Shown here piece after piece: positions 47,501 through 55,782 of a stretch of DNA of 55,782 bases; the first letter of the stretch is position 1; each line of letters begins with the position of its first letter. The position numbers and the translations under genes are program-made. Location: the NCBI GenBank assembly GCA_963575745.1, contig CAUYUJ010000133.1, positions 62,001-117,782 of the forward strand, written 5' to 3'. This DNA comes from Prorocentrum cordatum. Its lineage: Eukaryota. The notes under the pieces were generated by a model. The model was given only the letters and a program-made list of their open reading frames with translations, made no database searches and was not told where the DNA came from.

Positions 47501-49818
47501 AACGGCACGTCCAGGTTGTTGCGCGCCAGGTCTTCCATCATCACCTTCGTGTTGTAGTTGAAGATCCGTCGTCGTAGCAACCTGTCTCGAGGAATGATTT
47601 CATTCTCGGGTACTGGTGTTGTCGTACATCGTGCAATCCTGGTCGCTAAGATGGCATCGTATGGTCCACGAGCCTGTGAGCCGATGATCATAGCCCACGA
47701 CTCTGGGATACTCCACGATCCTTCAGGCCATTCAGCTTCCACTCGTCGCCGTTGTGCAGGAGGCTGTCCAGCCACGTCAGCATCACGACTTTGAACTCCG
47801 TCCATGTCTTGCTCCTGAACTGCTGCTGGAGGTACTGAATCTGGTGGCTGATCTGATGGCTGCTCTGGTGGCTGTCGTGGTTGTAGCCCAGGTTGTAGAG
47901 GCTCTCGTGGTGCTGTGAACGTGGTGTTCCGTAGGTCCACGAAACCGCGCTGCCCATGTGGAACTCCTTGCCATTCGCGCTGATCTCCAGGAATGCGATC
48001 CTCGATCTCGTTTAGCGTCGACCTCCGGAGGATGTTCGGCCCTGCCAGGATCGGGATGCCGTTGTGGATCAGCCAGTAGCCAAACTGGTCCTTCCCAATC
48101 ACGCGCGCTGGTCCTTGCCATTTGCGATGTAGATCTCGCTTTCCTCCTCCCGTACGCCAGTAGTGAACCCACTCGCCGCGCTCAAAAGGTCCAGGCTGAG
48201 GTCGCGTCTTCGATAGCACCGCTCGTCGTAAGGCTGAGCTGTTGGCCGCTTGGTGAAACGCGACCTCACAAGCTTCTTGAAGCCGTAGGCGATGCCACAT
48301 CAGAGATCCGTGTGAAACTTGCCCTGCTACCACAGGGTCGGTATTGATATCTCCAAGTGATGCCGGTAGTGAAGGATTCTCGCCAAGGACCCACTGGGCA
48401 GGAGAGAAGCCCTTGTTGTTCGAAAGGCGGTCCATGGTCTGAGCAATCTGGTATCCGGCGATCTTGGCGCTTTCGTCGTCCTTCACCTCGAGCTCACGAA
48501 AAACCTTCGTGGCCATCTCCTTGAAGAAACGAATCTTCCGTTCCACTTTACCATGTTGATGGTGCTCTTCTGGGGCAACTGGAATACATGGTACACCAAG
48601 ATCCTCACACATAGCCTCAAAATCCAGACGAAAAGCTGCGTCTTGATCAATCTGAAACCGCTGTGGGGTCAGTAGTGTCCGCTGCCAGCCCTCCACGAAT
48701 GCCGTCTTCGCATGACTGGAAGTCGGGCTCGGCTTGCGGTTACCACCGCTGATCATCCACTGGATGGCGGTGTAGTCGGTCGCCAGGTCCAGCATGAGCA
48801 GGTAGGCGTGCATGTTGCCGTTCAGGTCGGGCACGTAGGCGATGTCCATACCAAGGCACTGGTTGAACTTGGTCCACTTCGGCAGGCTGGCGATTGGATG
48901 AGCTGGCGGTCGTTGTTGAGAATCGCACAGCTCGCACTTGAATAGCTTCGCCGCTGAAGCCGCCGCCGGTGATCCTCCACCTGCTTGTATATGTCGTGCT
49001 AGGTCTTCGCCTCGTAGTGCATGCGAAAACTGAACGTGAAGCTTCTTGATCGCCGCCTTGAGTGCTGCTGGTACCTGCTGCCATTGTTGGTAGGTTTCAG
49101 CCGCTGAGCCCATGATGAGCCCTGAGCTTGACGTAAAACCTGTAGCGGGGTATGCGTCAGTGGCGTCGGGGATGCCCAGGATGATGTCACCACCCAGAAG
49201 CTTCTCCAACTCGTACTGCTGCTTCGTGCCTTCGAGGATCCTTTCCGCCAAGTCCGGGGTCCATACTGCGAACTCGCTGGATTTTCCTCCTCGACCTTGA
49301 ACTTCTCCATGTTCGTGGTCACCTGTGCATCGTACTTCCAGTGCATATGCCAATGCCACTGCTGTCGTAACAAACCTCGTAGGCTTCTGCAGCAAATCTC
49401 CACGATCGTCTCGTAGTTCGAAAGCACATTGATCGCATCGAACCCAGATCATCTCCTGAGGTAGCTCGTCCTTGATGAGCTTCCAGACCTGTGAGCACAG
49501 GGGGTTCTCCAGTAGTACGTGTCGTCCATGCTCCAGTCTGTGCTTGACGATCTGTAGTGCAAACCGCACGTGTGCGAGCGCCTTCGTGCGACGTCGTCGC
49601 CGCTCCTTCTCCGGGTAGAAGTTGTTGATTGGCGAGAGCCCCTCGCACGGGAACGGCACGATAGTGAGGTACGGGTTCTCCTCCTCGATTTCTCGCATCG
49701 TAGCTGCCTGTACACTTGGTAGTAGCAAGTTGTCGCCCGTCGTCCGCAGGTCTTTGCACTTGCCCGTCTTGAGTCCACAGCTGGTTGCGAGCTTCGTGAC
49801 GTTGCACTCTCCGCCATA
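44581..49818 (-). CDS. pol: Copia pol: MTase-like domain, integrase, RT, RNase H, TM helix, SAP domain
   Basis: LHVQFSH...CELC Zn finger; GMDI/IDQD/VERK DDE triad; KCRIVGKGF, KSIYGTNDAARAW and LHVDDML RT motifs; HDASF, STLSAEA, TDCRS and QLADGLTK RNase H motifs. Open for over 1700 codons. Confidence 0.93.
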   Translation of the reverse strand, partial: YGGECNVTKLATSCGLKTGKCKDLRTTGDNLLLPSVQAATMREIEEENPYLTIVPFPCEGLSPINNFYPEKERRRRRTKALAHVRFALQIVKHRLEHGRHVLLENPLCSQVWKLIKDELPQEMIWVRCDQCAFELRDDRGDLLQKPTRFVTTAVALAYALEVRCTGDHEHGEVQGRGGKSSEFAVWTPDLAERILEGTKQQYELEKLLGGDIILGIPDATDAYPATGFTSSSGLIMGSAAETYQQWQQVPAALKAAIKKLHVQFSHALRGEDLARHIQAGGGSPAAASAAKLFKCELCDSQQRPPAHPIASLPKWTKFNQCLGMDIAYVPDLNGNMHAYLLMLDLATDYTAIQWMISGGNRKPSPTSSHAKTAFVEGWQRTLLTPQRFQIDQDAAFRLDFEAMCEDLGVPCIPVAPEEHHQHGKVERKIRFFKEMATKVFRELEVKDDESAKIAGYQIAQTMDRLSNNKGFSPAQWVLGENPSLPASLGDINTDPVVAGQVSHGSLMWHRLRLQEACEVAFHQAANSSALRRAVLSKTRPQPGPFERGEWVHYWRTGGGKRDLHRKWQGPARVIGKDQFGYWLIHNGIPILAGPNILRRSTLNEIEDRIPGDQREWQGVPHGQRGFVDLRNTTFTAPREPLQPGLQPRQPPEQPSDQPPDSVPPAAVQEQDMDGVQSRDADVAGQPPAQRRRVEAEWPEGSWSIPESWAMIIGSQARGPYDAILATRIARCTTTPVPENEIIPRDRLLRRRIFNYNTKVMMEDLARNNLDVPFDVPLVRDMDMLDVVVEYTYRTENDPSGGRAPGGFPEGAEPQGPPQSFGPDNPATARADPPAASSAPTSSTPAGPTADSDGDSARQRQRARQQAHREEGEQRRTKLKRKTPASQTIYQNRAHIGRNTVTTANDKRVRTAYATNQVMCESFAAERADRATKGEMDIKEVLKRSDNYTKERTEKCLNALIKEWSTWTKYDAVTVITPTMAKKIDKSLQIESRAVWTNKGSDDNANFQPKCRIVGKGFQEKYDEKLRRDSPTCSPFMQNLLCSIAACKRFSCFTGDATGAFLQGVKIERELYFKLPKNMPGMSIPGLEDGSLLKLNKSIYGTNDAARAWYKRIVQILKQIGFEQLQFETAAFKLMHNGQLVGLLCLHVDDMLMAFDMEKNREFCEQVIKQMKEQVEFGDWHELQGLPEGATFTGRRFKQDEDYVITIDMDEYIDGMTDYRMPRERAKQEKELLTAAEHRALRGMNGQVQWVVRLLLHKYSFEASRLAGQMSKPTVQDMKDMNSLVRSIRREGKTQMIFRGGFDFETSVIIASHDASFDNMPNHKSQRGFYIMVGDGAMTDDHTKLYPCMLLAWSSGRIGRAVRSTLSAEAYSCSEAQDVTFWTRAVCADIFSANKLGHEYRQAAEEWKGVLVTDCRSLWDCVVKERVHLSDRRLSLEAAIIRQECQHGGIKWVRSEQQLADGLTKKMDTPYQDRVFHENLWTFGPDPRAPSLRKRKLTDPWDEIQRAQRVEVQEDADYLNANYAKPKDHSADDDISRIDVHEVVYQAEVSTAISTKFSRFARAALFSSVLASSSSSGTTLPQLAAATAAVATTDPVIGQQVSTYVLAEPFDQWSQFVLSPVGTFAAGISIGAAFMALICVLLFMISQQFNKPESGPTAVAVSRPASSQEMVSYTVPSSGLKRLPSIAAQKLDDLTAMHSYNPPDVKKKLEAMPVYALQGMLREMALPVSGIKADLVKRILENFKVD

Positions 49819-51877
49819 TCTCCTTGACCACCGTCCCAGGTACAAACAGTCGGTGCTGGTCTCTGCGTAGCACGCTCCAGGTCGCCTTCTGCTCCTGAGC
49901 GTAGTCCGCGATCCAGGCGTCCACCTGCTTCTTCCTGGACTTCGTCATGATGCCAGTGTCGTCCACCTCGGTCGTGATCTTCTCGATGGCCGCTGAGACG
50001 TACTTCACCTGATCCTCCTTCTCGGCTGCCCACACGTCCAGCGTCTTCGTGCTGATAGTCGGTGCCTCGATCTGTGTAGGCTCCTTGGGAAAGTCGGTGA
50101 TGTTGATCATCAGGTGGTTCTTCTTGGAACGCGTGATCTTCACGGGCTGGTCGGATATACTCTTGAACACCACCTGGTTGCGCTTGACGTTGATGACTGC
50201 CTCCAGGGCGTCCATCTGGTCCACGCTCATGAGCATGGGCGCATCTGAGTTTGGTAGTCTCTCAAAGTTGAGAGTGCAGTCCCGTCCTTGGATACCGCTT
50301 GGTACTGCTTGTGTACTCTCGGCCTTGATGGGGGCCGCGGTATTGATGCCCTTGAAGATCGTCTGAGTGGGCATCCGAAGGTCTGCCAAGTCAAACTTCT
50401 CAAGATGGCTGTCGATCGCTCTGTCACCGCCGCATGGTGCCAAGGCTGCCGTGTCCAAGACCACGTAGCCAGGGGGTACCACCTGGCTTATCGCCATCGC
50501 GTCGACCATTCCGTCGTCAATCTCGTTGATCGTAGTGGTCACCTCGTCGGTGTAGTTCTGCGTCGGCTCGATCATGTATACCTCGGTCGGCTGGCCAACT
50601 CCGGTCGCAAGCATGGCGGCCGCTAGTCCAGTACGTGCCAGAAAACCTCCAGCGCGTCCACCACGTCCTTTACACTTGCCACGTCCGCTGGCTGCTGAGG
50701 CTCTGGCCTGTGGTGCCGTCTTCTTCGTCTTGCTGCACTCCGGGTCACCCGCCCAGTGTCCTGTCTCTCCGCAAGCTCTGCACTTGCTTGCTTTCTGGAA
50801 AGCCCCTAGCTTGTCCTGGAGCTCCTTCGAGCCGAAGCTGATCTTGCCGTCGAAGTCGATGTAGGTCTTGCCCTGTTTGAACCCTCGGTTCGTCTTTCCG
50901 TCCTTCATGAACTGACGCTGCCGGGTGTAGTTTGATGATGAGCTCGCTCCTTTTCCACGTCCGCGTCCTTTTGCTGCGATAGCTCCACCTAGTTTCTGGG
51001 CCTCGGAAGCGAACGTCTCCACCTCCTCGTCACCGAGGTCGTCCAGGTCCACGATGAGCATGGCCGTCTCGAGCTCCTCCACTTCAGCTGATAGAGCTTC
51101 CATTTCTGCAGCGTCGTCCTCGTCCTCGTCTCCACTTGCTTCTGCCTCTTGCTCTCCCTCATCTTCCTCCGGGTCTGCACCGAAGGCTGCATTCCACCGA
51201 AACTTCCGTCCATGATGCTGTTGTCGGTTCGATCCTCGGGCGTCGACGTTGTCGAGCTGGATCTCCAATACTTCGCAAATGGCGTCCCAATCGTACTCGT
51301 TCTGGGCTTGTCCCAAGAATGTTTTGTGCTGAGCCTCGGTGATGCCGCACATGTCTAGCAGAAAGAATGTTCGTAGATCTTCTGAAACTTGTGTCTTACC
51401 ACCTGTCAAGTCTCGAAGCTTCTCGTAGGCGTCGGTCCTTCGCTGGATGAAACCCTTGATCTGCTCATTTGGCCTTCTGTGTCCGCGCTTGAAGTAGTCC
51501 AAGAACGCTTTATGTTTCTGCAGTGGTGCCACTTTCTCGCAATGTGAGCGTACACACTTGATGAGCATGTCGAGTGCCTCCTCGATCGCATCCTCCTTCT
51601 CTGTCGTTGTGCTGCCTTTCTTGAAATACTTGTTAAGCGCTGCCACGCTGATCTTCTCGTCCTTATGGCATAGTGTCCAGGCCCTGTCCGTCAAGCTGTT
51701 TTTGACTTTCGCAACGAAACCCTTTTTCTTCTCCAAGGTGTCCACGCCTAGAAAGCCCAAACGAACTCGCTCGTCCCATTCTTCTGCTGCTGCTGCGTCT
51801 CCGTCGTAGCATGGTGTGCCATCCTTGTCCAACCACACATGTTGGTTAGCTCCGCGTCGTTTTTCTGAGAAAGCCAT
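49817..51877 (-). CDS. gag: Copia gag-protease portion of the polyprotein (up to the frameshift)
   Basis: ATG 51877 (MAFSEK). Zinc knuckle CRACGETGHWAGDPEC at 50734-50783; aspartic protease VVLDTAA near 50450. The ORF-track frame continues to 49319, but it is out-of-frame text after VVKEI. Confidence 0.88.
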
Positions 51878-52040
51878 TTTGAGCGTGTAGGGGTCGGTGA
51901 GGTTGAGCTCGTAGTGATAGTCCGAGAACTTGTTCTCGTTAGTGTATGAACTGCCTGACCGCGAGGAACAGGTCTTTGAGATATGAAGGAGTGTCAAGAA
52001 ACTGAACCAATACAAAAGCATAGGCCGTCTCGAAACACAA

Positions 52041-52054
52041 GCTCCGCACTACCA
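52041..52054 (-). promoter_or_regulatory. Primer binding site
   Basis: TGGTAGTGCGGAGC lies 1 nt inside the 5' LTR and is complementary to a tRNA ...ACCA 3' end. Confidence 0.8.
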
Positions 52055-52055
52055 G

Positions 52056-52391
52056 TGTCAATGATAATGATGTCGAGCTGCTTTTGGCCGCGAGCTGCAA
52101 GATCCGCTCGGTCGATCTTTATGAAATGAGGCGTATGCCTCGCACACACAGCTTGTGAAATCAGGGAAACCCCAGTCTGTGACTGGAACACATCTGATGA
52201 CTTGTTATCGCTGCTGGCTCGAAAAGGGGATCCCCTGATATCGTTCGATAGCAAACGGCCGCGGAAACATAACGTGTTATGTTATCCTGTTTTAAAAACT
52301 CCACTAACCCCGGTCGGGGTACCAGTCTCTAACGGGGCGCGACTACTGTGCGTTTTGCGTCTGGGGCAACAAAACTCGCATCATCTTCGCA
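52056..52391 (-). repeat. 5' LTR
   Basis: TGCGAAGATG...CATTGACA on the minus strand; direct repeat of 44095-44424. Confidence 0.93.
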
Positions 52392-55300
52392 CACGAGGCC
52401 CCTCCTAAGACCGCCCCAAGACGGGCCCAAGAGGCTCCATAGGGCCCCAAACCAGCCCAAGAAGGCCCCCAGACGCCACCAAGGCGCTCAAGACAGCCAA
52501 GGGGCGCCAACGAGCACGGCCCAAAATGGTTACCTGCAAACGAACCGTAACATAGTCTAGCCTTTCGCCCCAAGACGCTCCCAGGAGGCCCCCAGAGCCC
52601 CCCAATAAGCCCCAAGAGGCCCCCAAGAGGCGTCCCAAGAGGCCACCGGGAGGCGAAAATCATTAATTTCCTATGGGGAGAAGTACATTTTTGGCATGCA
52701 AGGCGTTTCGGCTTTCGCTGCGTTGAAGACGCTCCAAGAGGCCCCCAAGACCGCCCCAAGACGGCCCAAGAGGCTCCCAAGAGGTCCACAAAACGGCCCA
52801 AGAGGGCGTCAAGACGGCCCAAGAGGCGCCCAAGACGGCCCAAGAGGGCCCCAAGACGGCCCCAAGAGGGGGGCCACGAACCGAAAAGTCTAGCCTTTCG
52901 CCACAAGAAGCTCCCAGGAGGCCCCCAGAGCCCCCCAAGAAGCCCCAAGAGGCCCCCAAGAGGTTCCCAAGAGGCCTCAAAAGGCCCGACAAGGTGGCCC
53001 ACCAATATACTCCCAGAAGGGCCCAGAGACGAGGCAAGATAGAGACAGGCGATCGGTAACTAGCAAAAATAAGCTCTTCACACCAAGGCTCCCAAGAGCG
53101 AACGGTGACGTACACAAGCTGATAAGACCAAGGCTCCAGCAGAGAGCGGTGACGTAACAAGTTCCTGACACCAAGGCCCAGCCAAGGCTCAGGAACGGGC
53201 GGCAACGCAACAATCTCTGAACACCAAGGCTCCCAAGAGCGAGGGGTGACGTAACAAGCTCTCAACGCCGAGGCTCCCAGTACGAACGGTGGTGTGAGTA
53301 ATTTCGGTTTCTGTTTCTGAAGCGCTCTTTCCGTTTCTGTGCCGGGCCAGGTAACGGAAAGAAGGGTGGGGTTCCAGGGGAGGGGGGTAGCGTGCGGAGA
53401 TGGGCGTTAATGGCAGTTTTGAGGGTTTTCCCTAGGGCTTTTGTATGTTTTTCGGGTTTCACTTGTTTTCCGTCCCAGAAGAGCCCAAGACAGGCCCAAG
53501 ACAGGCCCAAGACTGCCCAAGAGGCCCCCAAGAGGCCCCCAAGAGGCGCCCAAGGGGCGTCCCAAGAGGGCCCCAAGAGGCCGAAATCATCGATCTTCCA
53601 TAGGAAAACGTGCATTTTTAGCATCTGCGGCTTTGTCGGCTTTCACGGCGTTGACGACGGCCCAAGAGGCCCCCAAGACCGCCCCAAGACGGCCCAAGAG
53701 GCTCCCAAGAGGCCCCCAAAACGGCCCAAGAGGGCCCCAAGACGGCCCCAGATGCGCTCAAGACGGCCCAAAGCGCAGCGGTCGCCCAAGATACGGCCCA
53801 ACAGGGGGCCTACGAACGAAAATTCTAGCCTTTCGCCCCAAGACGCTCCCTGGAGTCCCCCAGAGCCCCCCAAGAAGCCCCAAGAGGGCCCCCAAGAGGC
53901 GTCCCAAGAGGCCACCGGGAGGCGAAAATCATTGATTTGCTACGGGAAAGGTACATTTTTAGCATGTAAGGCTTTTCGGCTTTCACGGCGTTGACGACGG
54001 AGGCCAATAGGGCCCTGCCCCCAAACCCTCGCCCCCCCAAGAACGGCCCAAGACTGCTACCATGGTCCCCCAAACGGCCCAAGAGCGGCGTCAAGACTGC
54101 CCAAGATATGGCGCCCAATTAACGCCCCCAAATGAGGGGAGGGGCTTCCCCCCAAGACGGCCCCAAGGTGGGCCACGAACCAAAAGGTCTACGCCTTTTC
54201 GCCATACAAAAGCTCCCAGGAGGCCCCCAGAGCCCCCCAAGAAGCCCCACGAGGCCCCCAAGAGGTTCCCAAGAGGCCTCCAAAAGGGCCCGACAAGGGC
54301 CCCAATAGGACTCCCAAGAAGGCCCAGAGACGCCAAATAGAGAGCGATCGGTACTGCAAAAAGCTCTTCACACCAAGGCTCCCAAGAGCGAACGGTGACG
54401 TAAACAAGATGATAAGACCAAGGCTCCCAGCAGAGAGCGGTGACGTAACAAGTTCCTGACACCAAGGCCCAGCCAAGGCTCAGGATCGGGCGGCAACGCA
54501 ACAATCTCTGAACACCAAGGCTCCCAAGAGCGAGGGGTGACGTAACAAGCTCTCAACGCCGAGGCTCCCAGTACGAACGGTGGTGTGAGTAATTTCGGTT
54601 TCTGTTTCTGAAGCGCTCTTTCCGTTTCTGTGCCGGGCCAGGTAACGGAAAGAGCGAGGTACGAGTGATGACGTTCTGGTGTGGGCGAAGCCCTAAAGGG
54701 AGGGGTTCCAGGGGAGGGGGGTAGCGTGCGGAGATGGGCGTTAATGGCAGTTTTGAGGGTTTTCCCTAGGGTTTTTGTATGTTCCGTCCCAGAAGAGCCC
54801 AAGACATGCCCAAGACAGGCCCAAGACTGCCCAAGAGGCCCCCAAGAGGCCCCCAAGAGGCGCCCAAGGGGCGTCCCAAGAGGGCCCCAAGAGGCCGAAA
54901 TCATCGATCTCCCATAGGAAAACGTACATTTTTAGCATCTGCGGCTTTGTCGGCTTTCACGGCGTTGACGACGGCCCAAGAGGCCCCCAAGACCGCCCCA
55001 AGAAGACCCAAGAGGCTCCCAAGAGGTCCCCAAAACGGCCCAAGAGGGCGTCAAGACGGCCCAAGAGGCGCCCAAGACGGCCCAAGAGGGGGACCACGAA
55101 CCGAAAAGTCTAGCCTTTCGCCCCAAGACGCTCCCAGGAGGCCCCCAGAGCCCCCCAATAAGCCCCAAGAGGCCCCCAAGAGGCGTCCCAAGAGGCCACC
55201 GGGAGGCGAAAATCATTAATTTCCTATAGGGAAAAGTACATTTTTGGCATGCAAGGCTTTTCGGCTTTCATTGCGTTGAAGACGCTCCAAGAGGCCCCCA

Positions 55301-55782
55301 AGACCGCCCCAAGACGGCCCAAGAGGCTCCCAAGAGGTCCCCAAAACGGCCCAAGAGGGCGTCAAGACGGCCCAAGAGGCGCCCAAGACGGCCCAAGAGG
55401 GCCCCAAGACGGCCCCAAGAGGGGGGCCACGAACCGAAAAGTCTAGCCTTTCGCCACAAGAAGCTCGCAGGAGGCCCCCAGAGCCCCCCGAGAAGCCCCA
55501 AGAGGCCCCCAAGAGGTTCCCAAGAGGCCTCCAAAAGGGCCCGACAAGGGCCCCAATAGGACTCCCAAGAAGGCCCAGAGACGCCAAATAGAGAGCGATC
55601 GGTACTGCAAAAAGCTCTTCACACCAAGGCTCCCAAGAGCGAACGGTGACGTAAACAAGATGATAAGACCAAGGCTCCCAGCAGAGAGCGGTGACGTAAC
55701 AAGTTCCTGACACCAAGGCCCAGCCAAGGCTCAGGAACGGGCGGCAACGCAACAATCTCTGAACACCAAGGCTCCCAAGAGC
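52392..55782. repeat. Higher-order tandem repeat (~1.25-1.3-kb unit) built from GGCCCCAAGA-type 11-mers and CCAAGGCTCCC/GGTGACGT subrepeats
   Basis: AAGCTCTTCACACCAAGGCTCCCAAGAGCGAACGGTGACGT at ~53071, ~54361 and ~55612. Confidence 0.92.

Larger units (their letters stand above)
44095..52391 (-). mobile_element. Ty1/copia LTR retrotransposon, near intact
   Basis: Two ~330-bp TG...CA LTRs, a PBS, and domain order gag-PR-IN-RT-RH. Probable 4-bp TSD CAAG/CACG (one mismatch) within the satellite. Confidence 0.95.

Noticed and set aside
51872..51881. AGCCATTTTG SL-like match at the gag start
   Set aside because: It is simply the antisense of the CAAAATGGCT start-codon context.
52190..52240. Hammerhead-like CTGATGA...GAAA in the LTR (also near 5190)
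   Set aside because: Stem II and the NUH cleavage site do not form, and the other LTR lacks CTGATGA.
53071..53290. CRISPR-like spaced GGTGACGTAACAAG repeats
   Set aside because: Spacers are mutually similar and repeat in each satellite unit; no cas genes; eukaryotic context.

Overview
This is eukaryotic, repeat-rich DNA, almost certainly from a dinoflagellate: it has a perfect DinoSL core at 7838-7858 and GC/GA splice donors. The GC-rich satellites resemble Prorocentrum-type genomes, which is inference only. One host gene lies on the minus strand from 29214 to beyond base 1. It encodes a signal peptide, a GT8-family glycosyltransferase domain and a second glycosyltransferase-like domain; six segments join in frame to 832 codons with no stop. 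Its second exon is split between 'RVLY' and 'MDADT' by a 20,964-bp insertion (7503-28466) with Helitron2-like ends and non-canonical junctions. That insertion carries a decayed LINE starting with the spliced leader, microsatellites, several foldback elements, and a decayed split-direct-repeat DIRS/Ngaro element with a DNMT3-like methyltransferase inside its RNase H. Intron 1 is an Introner-like TIR element. Bases 29.3-44 kb are microsatellites and a dispersed repeat family. A near-intact Ty1/copia element (44095-52391, minus) sits in a GGCCCCAAGA satellite; its polyprotein has a C5-methyltransferase-like domain before the integrase and a transmembrane + SAP tail after RNase H. All calls come from manual reading; no searches were run.
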